This document shows positions 36,451 through 45,907 of a DNA stretch of 64,000 nt, piece after piece. Under the pieces are notes generated by a model. That model was not told where the DNA came from. It searched no databases and saw only the letters and a program-made list of their open reading frames with translations. Each line of letters opens with the position of its first letter. Positions within the stretch are counted from its first letter, which is position 1. The position numbers and the translations under genes were made by a program. The stretch is from positions 181 to 64,180 of IMG/VR virus record IMGVR_UViG_3300043436_003602; one strand, 5' to 3'. The stretch is from a virus. Taxonomy: Duplodnaviria; Caudoviricetes.

Positions 36451-36768
36451 TCAGTCCTCGCTGTCGGAGGCGGCTTCCTTGGCCAGGCGCCGCAGCTTCT
36501 TGAGGCTCATCGAGTTGTCGGCATCACCGCCTCGCTCTTCGATGAACTGGACGAGTTCGTCCTTGTCGTCCATCCCCTCGATCAAGGTCTCGACATCGGC
36601 CGGGTCTTCATAGTACTCGATGAAGCCCAAACGCTTCAGGGTCGGGAGGTGGTCGGGATTGACGACTTCGATCACACCCGACTTGGGGATGGTATACTGG
36701 TGTCCTTCGATGGACGCTTCGGCGCTGGTATTTTCCGGCGCCTTCATCAAGGTCTTCTGGTTACTCAT
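36451..36768 (-). CDS. small capsid-adjacent protein (shared N-terminal module + HeH/Rho-N-like C-terminus)
   Basis: Directly after capsid gene; KDEL..F....G....KKL helical motif. Confidence 0.65.
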   Translation of the reverse strand: MSNQKTLMKAPENTSAEASIEGHQYTIPKSGVIEVVNPDHLPTLKRLGFIEYYEDPADVETLIEGMDDKDELVQFIEERGGDADNSMSLKKLRRLAKEAASDSED

Positions 36769-36805
36769 TGGATTGTCCCTTCAAGGCTGCGCGTATAAAG
36801 GCGAA

Positions 36806-36835
36806 GTGAGGAGGCTCCGCGCAGAACCCCCTCAC
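36806..36835 (-). terminator. hairpin after capsid gene
   Basis: Minus strand GTGAGGGGGTTC-TGCGCG-GAGCCTCCTCAC. Confidence 0.5.
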
Positions 36836-36849
36836 CCCTTGCGACCCGC

Positions 36850-38361
36850 TTAGCCGATGTTGGCGATGACGCCCATGCTCGGCGGGAAGTAGTGCTGGAG
36901 CACCTCGTCGGCATAGACGCCATACTCGTACTTACGAGTGCGCAGCGGCCATTCGATCTGGTAGTACTCCTGACGGGTGCGGACGCACATGACGTTCCCG
37001 ACGCCGCTCACCGGATACGGAAGAGTCCGCGAGGTGAACAGGATCATGCCCTGCGGCATGTTCGGGTGGATACGCACCTTCAGCACGTTGGCGCCGTTCA
37101 TGGAGAAGCGGTTCAGGTAGGTGGCGACCATGACGCCGCCTGCAATCATCCCCTGCTCCATGTTGACGACGATCCGGTAAGCACCGGACGAATTGGTCGC
37201 CAAAATCTTCTGCGAGATGGCCAGCGCCTGATCCGAGCTCACCCAGATGGTGTCAGGGGTCAGACGATAGTTGTCCCAGAAGCTCTTGAGGGCAACGTCG
37301 ATCTCGACGATACCGCCCGCATTGTCCGTCGAGAGGCTTGCGCCGTTCAGCGAATTATAGTAGGCGTTCGACCCTGCCTTCATCGCCTGCGTGAGCAGGC
37401 CGTCGAAGACGAGATTGTTCGTCGAATTGTCGGCCGAGGGCAGACTTGCGTAGTTCTGCGTTCCCGAGCCGGCGTCGGTGGTCAGCACCGCACGGTTGAC
37501 CGTGGTGATCGCGCCGAGCGTTGCCGCAGCACCCGAAGCACCCCAGAACCAGGCGTAGGCAACAGCACCCCGAACGGCAGCAACCGTCGCGGTGATCGAG
37601 CCAGTGGTGCCCGTGGTTGCAACCGAAGCCGTCGCCGACTTCTGTGCAGAGCCACCGCCGAAGGTATCCACAGAGGCGTCGGCGTTGGTGCGCGTGACCT
37701 CGGTCGGGATGCCTGCGGTAACCGATGCGTTGACGTAGCCCTCGAGAGTGAGAGCGACGCAAGCAACGTGCTTGGTGGTTGCGGTCATGGTACCGCCGGT
37801 CGTCGAGCCGAGCAGCGACGGGGTGGGAGTGGTGCCGAGGGCGACCGTCCCGTTCCCACCGAGGATCAGCATCTCTTCGCCCAGCATCAGGGCTTCGAGA
37901 CCTACCTTGGCAGCGAGAGCACGAATGTCCTCGAAGCCCTGGCCGGCATACTGTGCCTCGAAGTCCACGTTGTCTTCGATGCCGATACCCTTGTAGGCAG
38001 CCGCATAGTCAGCAACGGTGACCGCCATCACGGCGCCGCGGTTACCGCCGCTGACACCAATCCGAATACCGGACGTGTTGATACCCGTGACCGCTTTCCA
38101 GTTGGCCTGGATACCGCCCTTGCCCGAGACGCGCGGAATTTCGTTGCGCAGCGGGGTCAGGACCGGATACAGGAACTTGGCGCCGATTTCCAGGTCGTAG
38201 AAGGTCAGGCCGGTGGTGGCCGAACCAGATTGCGAGAAGGTGCTCTTGGCGAGCGCTTCGGGCAGGGTGGGGTTCATGATCTGCGGGGCATCGCCGAGCG
38301 CCTTCATGAGAGCGTCGAGCGAAGCACCTGCAGCGAGGCCCTGTTCTTGCACTATATTCAT
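36850..38361 (-). CDS. major capsid protein with Thr/Ala/Gly-rich inserted domain
   Basis: Follows protease-scaffold; TPLRNEIPRV, FDGL and IHPNMP motifs; strong codon bias. Confidence 0.85.
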   Translation of the reverse strand: MNIVQEQGLAAGASLDALMKALGDAPQIMNPTLPEALAKSTFSQSGSATTGLTFYDLEIGAKFLYPVLTPLRNEIPRVSGKGGIQANWKAVTGINTSGIRIGVSGGNRGAVMAVTVADYAAAYKGIGIEDNVDFEAQYAGQGFEDIRALAAKVGLEALMLGEEMLILGGNGTVALGTTPTPSLLGSTTGGTMTATTKHVACVALTLEGYVNASVTAGIPTEVTRTNADASVDTFGGGSAQKSATASVATTGTTGSITATVAAVRGAVAYAWFWGASGAAATLGAITTVNRAVLTTDAGSGTQNYASLPSADNSTNNLVFDGLLTQAMKAGSNAYYNSLNGASLSTDNAGGIVEIDVALKSFWDNYRLTPDTIWVSSDQALAISQKILATNSSGAYRIVVNMEQGMIAGGVMVATYLNRFSMNGANVLKVRIHPNMPQGMILFTSRTLPYPVSGVGNVMCVRTRQEYYQIEWPLRTRKYEYGVYADEVLQHYFPPSMGVIANIG

Positions 38362-38460
38362 AACTACCTCTTTCATTTGTGCAGTTGGTTGACGAAAACC
38401 TTTACCGTCCCCGGTAAAGGGCAGTGGTTGGCTCCCGTCCCCGGTCGCCTCGTTGCCTCT

Positions 38461-40398
38461 TTATTGCTGCTTGAGACGCAGCTGCTGACCTCCCTGGGCG
38501 TGGGAGGCCTTAATCATCATGGTTGCCATGGCGTCGGGCCCATGAGTTGCAAGCATCTCCTGGACGACAGCGATCTTCTCGGCTTCAGTCGATGCCTGCT
38601 TGCCGAAGAACATGCCGTCACCGCCCTTTTCCATGAAGTTACGCGGAGCGCGAGGAAGCGGGGTGTCCTCGATAGCCTGCATCCGCTTGGCCAGTTCCTC
38701 CACCTTTTCGACCGCTTCACCGGCGACCTTCTTCAGCTCGGCATTCTCTGCCCCAAGGGCATCGAAACGCTTCTGCATCGGCGGCGAGAGCACGTCATCA
38801 TCCGTGGACCCTGGCGTCGCCTCAACGTAGCCGAAAGTCTTGGCCAGCTTCTCAAGCTGTTCGACCGCCTGTTCGAGTTCGTCTTCCACAGCCTCGATCA
38901 GCTCGACCACGTTCTTGGCCAGGTCGTTTCCTTCGCCGGCGGCCCGATAGTAATAGTCGTAGGCATAGCGCGGTGACAGGTCGGCATCAAGGCCGGCGAC
39001 CAGCTCAGCAATCTGCTGCTTTGAGTAGTCCATGAAAGAGTCACCGAAAGCACCGAGGTGCTTCGTCAGCTCAGCCGCAACCTCGCTGTCCACCTTGTCG
39101 TTGCCTTCGAGCTTTCCTTCAGCCTTGATGGTACGCGCGAGGCCTGCAACGTCCCCGAGCATGTTGGCAAAGCGGCTGACGGTATACATGCCCTTCTCGA
39201 GCAGAGGTGCACCATCTTCACCCCGAGGCAGCTCAAGTTCGAGAACAGCCTTGTGGAGATCATCGACCCGGTCGAGGCTGAGGATCGACACAACTTCCGC
39301 CTCGTCCTCAGGCTGCAAGGCCTTGCTCAGCCGTTCGCGCAGCTTGTCAGCATCGGTCTTCGGCTCAGGGGCTTTCTGAAAGGCCTCCTCATGAGCCATC
39401 GCATCGGCCTTCTTCTCGAAGGTCTTGCCGTCGCTTGCCGTCCACATTTGCTTCACCCCGGGCGGAGTGGTTTTCTCGACGGCACCGGAGGCTTCATCTC
39501 CGGACGCCGAGTCTTCAGCTCCTTCGTCTGCCTTGCCTTCTTCGGTTTCTTCTTCGGCTGCTCCTTCACCGGCCTTGCCCTCCTGGCGCTGTTGCTCCAG
39601 TGCGGCTTGTGTCGCACCGACCTTGGCCAGCTCTTCGCGAGCGGCTTCGATATGGTCCGCCCAGGTGGTACCGTCATCCGCGGCTTTCGCCAATTCACCC
39701 GCCTTCTCAGCAACCTGAGCAGCGGTCGGTTCCACAGTCGGGGAGGGTGCAGCCTTCTCAGCCTTGGCCTTCTTTTTCTTGGCCGTTTCTTCGTCATCGT
39801 CGGTGACGCCGGCTTCGGGCTCTCCCTCCTTCATTCCGTCTTCAGCCTTGGCAAGCTCGGGCCACTGGTCGGCGTCGTGCTCCACCTTGAACTCGATCAG
39901 CTCTTCGGCACCATCGGCCTTGACGAGCTGGAAAGTTGCCGAAGGAACGCAGGGGTTGTCGACCAGGCTCACCTCGTTCGGGACCGCGGTGAACTTCTTG
40001 ATCTTCTTGTTGTCATTGGCGGTCTCGGTCCACTTCTTCCCATAGCTGCCGCCGACGCTGAAGCCGGTATAGCAACCTTCAAGGACCTTGTTCCACTCGG
40101 CGTCATCAACCACCTTTGCGCAGACATCGATGGCCTTCTCGTCGTCATCGAACGACAGATCGGTCAGCTTGCCGGCCACAGACAGCCCGTGCATCACGCG
40201 GACATTGCCCTTCGACAGGCCGCCGGATGCTTCATGGATTTCATTGGACCATTTCTCGAAGTTGGGCTTCGAGGTTTCGTAGTCCATCACCTCCCCGGAC
40301 TTGTCCAGGACTTCCTGGGTGATCCGACCATAGACGAGGCGCTGTTCCTCGTCCACCTTCATCAGCGGGACGAATACCCGCGCCTTCGACTTACTCAT
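38461..40398 (-). CDS. prohead protease-scaffold fusion
   Basis: KVDEEQRLVYG, RVMH, GFSVGG, EVSLVDNP followed by acidic coiled coil. Confidence 0.85.
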   Translation of the reverse strand: MSKSKARVFVPLMKVDEEQRLVYGRITQEVLDKSGEVMDYETSKPNFEKWSNEIHEASGGLSKGNVRVMHGLSVAGKLTDLSFDDDEKAIDVCAKVVDDAEWNKVLEGCYTGFSVGGSYGKKWTETANDNKKIKKFTAVPNEVSLVDNPCVPSATFQLVKADGAEELIEFKVEHDADQWPELAKAEDGMKEGEPEAGVTDDDEETAKKKKAKAEKAAPSPTVEPTAAQVAEKAGELAKAADDGTTWADHIEAAREELAKVGATQAALEQQRQEGKAGEGAAEEETEEGKADEGAEDSASGDEASGAVEKTTPPGVKQMWTASDGKTFEKKADAMAHEEAFQKAPEPKTDADKLRERLSKALQPEDEAEVVSILSLDRVDDLHKAVLELELPRGEDGAPLLEKGMYTVSRFANMLGDVAGLARTIKAEGKLEGNDKVDSEVAAELTKHLGAFGDSFMDYSKQQIAELVAGLDADLSPRYAYDYYYRAAGEGNDLAKNVVELIEAVEDELEQAVEQLEKLAKTFGYVEATPGSTDDDVLSPPMQKRFDALGAENAELKKVAGEAVEKVEELAKRMQAIEDTPLPRAPRNFMEKGGDGMFFGKQASTEAEKIAVVQEMLATHGPDAMATMMIKASHAQGGQQLRLKQQ

Positions 40399-41972
40399 GC
40401 CGTAGCTCCTTCATTCATGGTTCGCAGAAATGCCGCCAGTTGTTCTTGATCGCCAGCGGCTACGAGACTTTCCAGAGTCTTGACCACGCCGGCCTTATCC
40501 TCCTTCTTCTCTTCGTCGCCGTCGTCTTGCTGTTGGCTTCCTTGCTCACCCGGATCAGGCGAGTTGATCGGATCGCCATTCTCATCCAGCTTTTCGCCCC
40601 CTTGAGCCTGAGCGGTCAAGGTAAGGGGCGCAAGGCCGTTAGAGGTCATAAACATCGGTTGGTCAAACATGGGGTCGTCATAGGGCTCACGGCCCATATC
40701 CTGACGCGCCTCATTCATGGACAGCAAGCCATCCTTCAGGTAGCCCGATGTAATCTGCTGACGCTTGGTCGGGTCAAGCTCGTCGTCTCCCCGCCACGTA
40801 AACTCAAAGTCCGCTGCATCAAGGTCTTCAGCAAGGACAGTATCGATGAGGTCCTTGATCCAGTTTTGGATCGGCGCTAGCCCTGTGGAAGCAGCTTCCT
40901 GTGCAGCGGTATCCGAAGTCGCCCGGTTCATCATCTGCAAGAAAGGCTGGGGAGAAAGGCTGAACGCAAAGCAAGTTACTCGTGCCAGCCATTCCTCAGC
41001 CTTGCCGAATAGCTCGGTTTCCTGCGTGGGAATATACGTCTTGCCGACCGCTGAAGGAACGAAGCGAGCCTTGCGGCGCTCGCCGAGGTTTCCTGCAAGG
41101 AGATTATCGAACCATTCCTGGAACGTCCTGATCTGATCGGGGGTCCACTGCTCGGGGACGCCGATCAAGGCGGAGGGCATGTTGCCTTCGGTGAAGAAAT
41201 TGAGCTGGAAGATTTGCCGACGTAGACCAATGTTAATGGTCATGAGCAGCTGTTCCACAGGCGAGTAGCCGTAGACCTTATGAACCCGCAGGTTACGCGG
41301 GCGGTATAGCAGCTCGGACGCCCGGTAATTAACTGCCGGCATCCCCTTGAGGATTTGTTGGTAGGCGGTGTCATCGGGATGCTCGGGAGTCCGGCCCCAA
41401 TCGTCGAGAACACGGCGGACAGTTGCACCATCAATCTGGTCGAGGGCGATCAGCTTACCGCCTCGGGTCTTGCGCCGATGCAAGGAGACGGCATCGACCA
41501 CAAACAGGTCCTCGAGGATCATCCTCAGCCAGGCGTTCCAGCTGTGGTCGCCATCAGGCTTCAAAAAGAACTTGGTCAGTTCCTTGATCTTGTTCCGCTT
41601 CTGAGCGGTCATCTTTTCCTTGGAGTCACGAAGCTGGATCACCCACCGAAGGCGTTCCATGGCGTCCTTGCGAGTCTCGATGATGAGGCGCAGCAGGTCG
41701 TAGGCGTCAGCAAAGGCTCGCAGCGTGGCGAAAGAGATGGGCTCGTAGGCCCGCGTCTGGTTGATGATGTTGTAGCCGTTGGGGAAGTCGAAAGCACGGC
41801 CCTTGACTTCCTCGGGTGCTTGAGGTGCCATCGGTTGACCAGGGCCAAACCAGTCAGCACCTTTGCCGGTGTTGCCGAATGTCATCCCGACAGTATAAGG
41901 TGCCGTAAAGCTACCGGGGTTCAGCGCGACTTCGCGGCCCCCACCAGCTGCAGCTCGTTGACTCCTTGCCAT
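40395..41972 (-). CDS. portal protein
   Basis: Follows terminase; YGYSP, FFTEGNMP, NEAR...G..P. Confidence 0.9.
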   Translation of the reverse strand: MARSQRAAAGGGREVALNPGSFTAPYTVGMTFGNTGKGADWFGPGQPMAPQAPEEVKGRAFDFPNGYNIINQTRAYEPISFATLRAFADAYDLLRLIIETRKDAMERLRWVIQLRDSKEKMTAQKRNKIKELTKFFLKPDGDHSWNAWLRMILEDLFVVDAVSLHRRKTRGGKLIALDQIDGATVRRVLDDWGRTPEHPDDTAYQQILKGMPAVNYRASELLYRPRNLRVHKVYGYSPVEQLLMTINIGLRRQIFQLNFFTEGNMPSALIGVPEQWTPDQIRTFQEWFDNLLAGNLGERRKARFVPSAVGKTYIPTQETELFGKAEEWLARVTCFAFSLSPQPFLQMMNRATSDTAAQEAASTGLAPIQNWIKDLIDTVLAEDLDAADFEFTWRGDDELDPTKRQQITSGYLKDGLLSMNEARQDMGREPYDDPMFDQPMFMTSNGLAPLTLTAQAQGGEKLDENGDPINSPDPGEQGSQQQDDGDEEKKEDKAGVVKTLESLVAAGDQEQLAAFLRTMNEGATA

Positions 41973-41990
41973 GTCGTACTCGAACCCCCA

Positions 41991-43682
41991 TCAGGACGGT
42001 AGTGGCATCGATTGCTCGAAATACCTACGAAAACCAGCACTTTCGAGAGGTTTTACGTCGATCTCCCGGACGTGGAAAAGCCCGTCCTGGTCGACCATGT
42101 ATTTCTCACCGTCAGCACCGAATGCCGTATTTATACCTTGAGGGGCTTGAAGAGAAATAAGGGTACCAGTCAACGCGGGCGCTTTACCCGTCAGTCGATC
42201 AGCAACAGCTTTGGCTTCTTGACGGTAATAATCCATCAGCCCTTCGTGCGAGATCGATCCAACCATGAGCTCTGTCAAGCCCCAGACCAGCGCGTCCATT
42301 CGGTCGGGAGAATAGCCCATGTTGCCATCAGGCGTGAACTCACACATCTGATCCTCAAGCTCTGGGAATGTTCCGACGTGGTGAACCCTCTTCTGCTCAT
42401 AAAGCTGCGACACCGGCTCAGCTCGAACGTACTTGCCGCGGGTTGCATGGACTGCCTTCAATGGCACAAAGTCAGCCGTCCGCATAAGGTCATCCTTCAA
42501 GGAACGTGCTGCGCCTCGAAGAACAGCAGCAACCATCTCCCCGCCTTGGTTAGCCTCATAGACGATGTTGTCCGCCTCCCATTCGTCAAAGGCAATAACC
42601 GCGGCGCGGCCCCACTCTTCGGGAGAACCGGCAAGCGACAAGTCTTCTAAGACGTATCCACGACCTTCGCTGTCACGGCCAACAACCACAATGCCCGTTT
42701 CCGCCGCGGCTTCACCGATCTCCTTAGCGGGATCGACCGCAACAATGACACGGGAAAAGTGAGGCAAGTGGATGGGGGTAAGACTATCGACCGGGCGAAG
42801 ACGAGACTCGTCAATCATCGTCCGACTCCACAGTGCGCCGGGCGTATCATCAAGGAGCTCAGCGTTAAGCTCCTGTCGGCCGATCCGGGTGCCCTCATAC
42901 TTCTCGACTACCGCTTTACGGAAAGGCGGCGCAAGGTTGATCAGGTTTTCCATGGTCGTGCCCTTGGTGATCGCCGTATCACTCCGGAGAATAATGTCCT
43001 TGAGCAGCTTCATCGGTCGAGGCGTCGTAGTTACGAGCTGCTGGGGGTGGTCACCCAAGCGAAGACCGAACTGCAAGTTATCCCACGCTTCCTGTGCATA
43101 CCGCCACTTGCACAGCTCGTCGCACCATGCGCCATCGAACTGCGGACCGCGGAGTGAGTCATAGTCTTCTGCGGAAAACAGGGTTGCTTGTGCGCCGTTC
43201 GGCCAAGTCAGTCGACGCTTCGAAGGCTCATACTTGGGCTTGAAGTCTCGGGGCGAACAGGCAAGGATACCGGACTCACCCTCGACCATAACGTCACGGG
43301 CGTCAGCGCTGTCTTCTGCCACAAGGGCGATACGCTTGCACTTGCCTTCACGCACCCACTTGATGATTGTCTCTGCACCGCATCGCGTCTTACCGAAACC
43401 GCGTCCAGCAAGAATAAGCCAAGTTACCCAATGCTCACCGTTTTCTAAGACCGGGGCCGGCTCAAGCTGGTTGGGACGTGCCCACAGTTCCCAAGTGTGT
43501 AGGAGGTCATCCGCCTCTTCGTCGGTAAGGTCTTCAAGCTTGCTCAGGTCAATGTTCTTGAGGTGCTCGTTACGCAGCTTGGTCCCGTCGACTTCCTTCA
43601 GCCGCTGCTCGACGCTTGCGTCCACGGATAGGTCCATCTCCAGGTGCAGGGAGTGCGAGGATCGGCGGTGGCCCTTCGCCAT
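41991..43682 (-). CDS. terL: terminase large subunit (start uncertain) with C-terminal extension
   Basis: AGRGFGKT, WCDE, TTTP, VAVDP, DRMDA. Confidence 0.95.
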   Translation of the reverse strand: MAKGHRRSSHSLHLEMDLSVDASVEQRLKEVDGTKLRNEHLKNIDLSKLEDLTDEEADDLLHTWELWARPNQLEPAPVLENGEHWVTWLILAGRGFGKTRCGAETIIKWVREGKCKRIALVAEDSADARDVMVEGESGILACSPRDFKPKYEPSKRRLTWPNGAQATLFSAEDYDSLRGPQFDGAWCDELCKWRYAQEAWDNLQFGLRLGDHPQQLVTTTPRPMKLLKDIILRSDTAITKGTTMENLINLAPPFRKAVVEKYEGTRIGRQELNAELLDDTPGALWSRTMIDESRLRPVDSLTPIHLPHFSRVIVAVDPAKEIGEAAAETGIVVVGRDSEGRGYVLEDLSLAGSPEEWGRAAVIAFDEWEADNIVYEANQGGEMVAAVLRGAARSLKDDLMRTADFVPLKAVHATRGKYVRAEPVSQLYEQKRVHHVGTFPELEDQMCEFTPDGNMGYSPDRMDALVWGLTELMVGSISHEGLMDYYRQEAKAVADRLTGKAPALTGTLISLQAPQGINTAFGADGEKYMVDQDGLFHVREIDVKPLESAGFRRYFEQSMPLPS

Positions 43683-44100
43683 GTCCTTCAAGTACTCCTT
43701 GCTCCTCCGGCGAGCTTTCTTCGGAAATCGCCCCTTGAGACTGGAGCCGCGCAATTCGATTGAGCAGCTTCGCTTTGCTTCCTTCGACACTGATACCTCC
43801 ACTCAGTTCAAGCTTGCTGCCGCGGTCATACTTCTCGGGCCTACGAGCCTTCAGTATCATCGCCATCAGCGGGTCGGACTTTTTGAGGGCTCTCTCGGTT
43901 GCGGCGTCCTCGATAAAGTCAGTTCCTTCCTCCATCGCCTCATCCCAGTCGGCGGCAAAGTCGGGATCGGTCTCGCGCCACTTCTTAACCTGACGAGCAG
44001 TCAACCCCGCGGCGTTAGCGGCAAAGGAGACGGACGAACCAACCGCCAGCTGGTCCAAGAAAATCTTCCGTCGTTTGTATGTGCGAACAAAGTGGGACAT
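43570..44100 (-). CDS. terS: terminase small subunit
   Basis: HTH (AANAAG...KKWR..DPDF..DW), SD.L..MILKA.RPEKY; upstream of terL. Confidence 0.85.
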   Translation of the reverse strand: MSHFVRTYKRRKIFLDQLAVGSSVSFAANAAGLTARQVKKWRETDPDFAADWDEAMEEGTDFIEDAATERALKKSDPLMAMILKARRPEKYDRGSKLELSGGISVEGSKAKLLNRIARLQSQGAISEESSPEEQGVLEGHGEGPPPILALPAPGDGPIRGRKRRAAAEGSRRDQAA

Positions 44101-44106
44101 GGGCAG

Positions 44107-44135
44107 TTGATCTCGTATCGCGTTCAAGGTAAAAT
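44107..44135 (+). promoter_or_regulatory. sigma70-type promoter
   Basis: TTGATC-17-TAAAAT; spacer contains the half-motif ATCGCGTT. Confidence 0.65.
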
Positions 44136-44165
44136 GCACGTCGTTCCCAACAAGGAGTTCAACGC

Positions 44166-44831
44166 ATGGCACGAGCAAGAAAATCCCATATAAGCAATGA
44201 AGAGAAGGTGAAGAACCGCAGCGGCCCCCTTGAGTACCCCTACGTTGTCTATTGCTCGTACCATCGTGAAGGCGAAGACCACGCTCGATGCTTAGTCCTG
44301 AAGTTCACCGATCCCGCGAGCGCGCGTAACATGGTGGACCAGGTCATCGGGAATGACGAGTGGGAGTGGCAGCTGTGGATGGGCCGCGACGACATGGTGG
44401 TTACATCGAAGGGGATCAAGATACGAACTTGGGGCAACGAGATGCGAGAGATCATGAGCGTTGACCCCGCCGACGTTGAACGTGAAGAAATCAAGCATGT
44501 CCTGCAGTTTAAGTATAGCTCTCCCGAGGGCGGCCGAAAAGAAAAGCTGCCCGTCCACAACCCGCTGAACGATGACCCCGCCACAGTCCGGCCCGGGAAG
44601 CCCGTCAAAGAGAAAGCTCCTCCCAAGCCGAAGGTTGATCTGTCGGGAATGGTTACTGCGAAGGATATTGCCAAGAAACTTAAGGTCGAAGGACGAGAAG
44701 TTCGCGGCGTCCTTCGATCACTCAAGCTGACCAAGCCCGATCACGGATGGGCCTGGTCCAAGGATGAAGCAGCGAAGATCGAGGAGAAAGTTCATGCTGG
44801 CCTCAAGGAAGCCAAAGCCAAGAAAAAGTGA
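44166..44831 (+). CDS. protein with C-terminal HTH-like domain (paralogue family)
   Basis: VTAKDIAKKLKVEGREVRGVLRSLKLTKPDHGWAW; AAGGAG RBS. Confidence 0.75.
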   Translation: MARARKSHISNEEKVKNRSGPLEYPYVVYCSYHREGEDHARCLVLKFTDPASARNMVDQVIGNDEWEWQLWMGRDDMVVTSKGIKIRTWGNEMREIMSVDPADVEREEIKHVLQFKYSSPEGGRKEKLPVHNPLNDDPATVRPGKPVKEKAPPKPKVDLSGMVTAKDIAKKLKVEGREVRGVLRSLKLTKPDHGWAWSKDEAAKIEEKVHAGLKEAKAKKK

Positions 44832-44880
44832 AGACCCCGACCTGTTCGGTCATCCCGGCTGGGAAAACGAAACGCCGATC

Positions 44881-45309
44881 ATGGACGCCCATGCTGCGGT
44901 TGAGTTTGTGCTCGCCGGCAAAGCGAAGATCACCCTGCGCTCGGAAAAGACCGGGAAGCACTACACGTTCAAGATCAGGAAGAGCGACGGCGAGAGCTGG
45001 TTTGTCTCACGCTTGGCCGGGGGCAGTTGCTATCGGTATCTTGGGACGATCTTCCCGGAGGGCTTCCGCTCGACCAGGAAATCGGAGCACCTGACGAAGC
45101 ATTGGCTCAAGGAGAGCTTTGATGCCTTTGATTGGTTCTGGCGTCGATTGAACCAGGATCAGAAAATCCCAGAGGGCGTCAAGCTATTTCACGCTGGCCG
45201 CTGCGCCGCCTGTGGGTTAGAGCTTACTGATCCGGTATCAATCAAGATCGGTTTTGGCCCGGACTGTGCAAAGAGGCGGTTGCAACGTCCTTTCATGTGT
45301 GTTAGGTAA
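44881..45309 (+). CDS. DUF6011-like zinc-ribbon protein
   Basis: GRCAACGLELTDPVSIKIGFGPDC. Confidence 0.75.
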   Translation: MDAHAAVEFVLAGKAKITLRSEKTGKHYTFKIRKSDGESWFVSRLAGGSCYRYLGTIFPEGFRSTRKSEHLTKHWLKESFDAFDWFWRRLNQDQKIPEGVKLFHAGRCAACGLELTDPVSIKIGFGPDCAKRRLQRPFMCVR

Positions 45310-45314
45310 ATCAC

Positions 45315-45851
45315 ATGAATATCTTTGCCGTATCACGTCACCCCTCACGCTGTGCTCGAGCACTCGATGACGGGCGGTTAAACAAGATGATCCTTGAAGC
45401 TACCCAAGTTCTATGCACCGTCTTCAATCTTGAGGCTGACACGACAGGTAAGTCTATGGTAACTCCCTACCGAAACTCGCATGTCCATAACCCTATCACC
45501 AAGTGGACTCAGTCTTCAAAGCATCATCAAGCTTGGCTATATGCTTTGGGTATCGCCTATGGCGAGGAAATCATCTACCGCTTCGGTCGTAAGCATGCCT
45601 GTCAGCTTGTTCTCGAAGGGTTAACCTTCAGGTATCCGCACTTACTCAAGTATCGAGAACTACAAATCGGGGAGTTCCACAATGGCGCTCGTCATCGTAA
45701 GTTGGGTCTTGACTTTACCCACCTACCCGCGGGTAAAGCCTACCGTGCTTACTTACGTAGACGTTGGGAACTTCAAGAGACAACCCCCACTAAGAGCGGT
45801 AGGATTATACCTCCCCGCTGGACCCGCAGAAAGGAACCGATATGGCGCTAG
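45315..45851 (+). CDS. pyrimidine-dimer DNA glycosylase-like protein
   Basis: MNIF...P..CA..LDD....KMILE..Q.L...H..NP...W. Confidence 0.75.
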   Translation: MNIFAVSRHPSRCARALDDGRLNKMILEATQVLCTVFNLEADTTGKSMVTPYRNSHVHNPITKWTQSSKHHQAWLYALGIAYGEEIIYRFGRKHACQLVLEGLTFRYPHLLKYRELQIGEFHNGARHRKLGLDFTHLPAGKAYRAYLRRRWELQETTPTKSGRIIPPRWTRRKEPIWR

Positions 45852-45907
45852 CAAAAGGGCCGCCGGGAATAAACCCAACGGCCCTCCGTGCTGTCCCTCC
45901 GGAAGGG

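Noticed and set aside
36892-40449. Long plus-strand ORFs (694 aa, 463 aa) and similar ones at 29070-31565
   Set aside because: They are antisense shadows of strongly codon-biased capsid, scaffold and tape measure genes, with no RBS or recognisable motifs.
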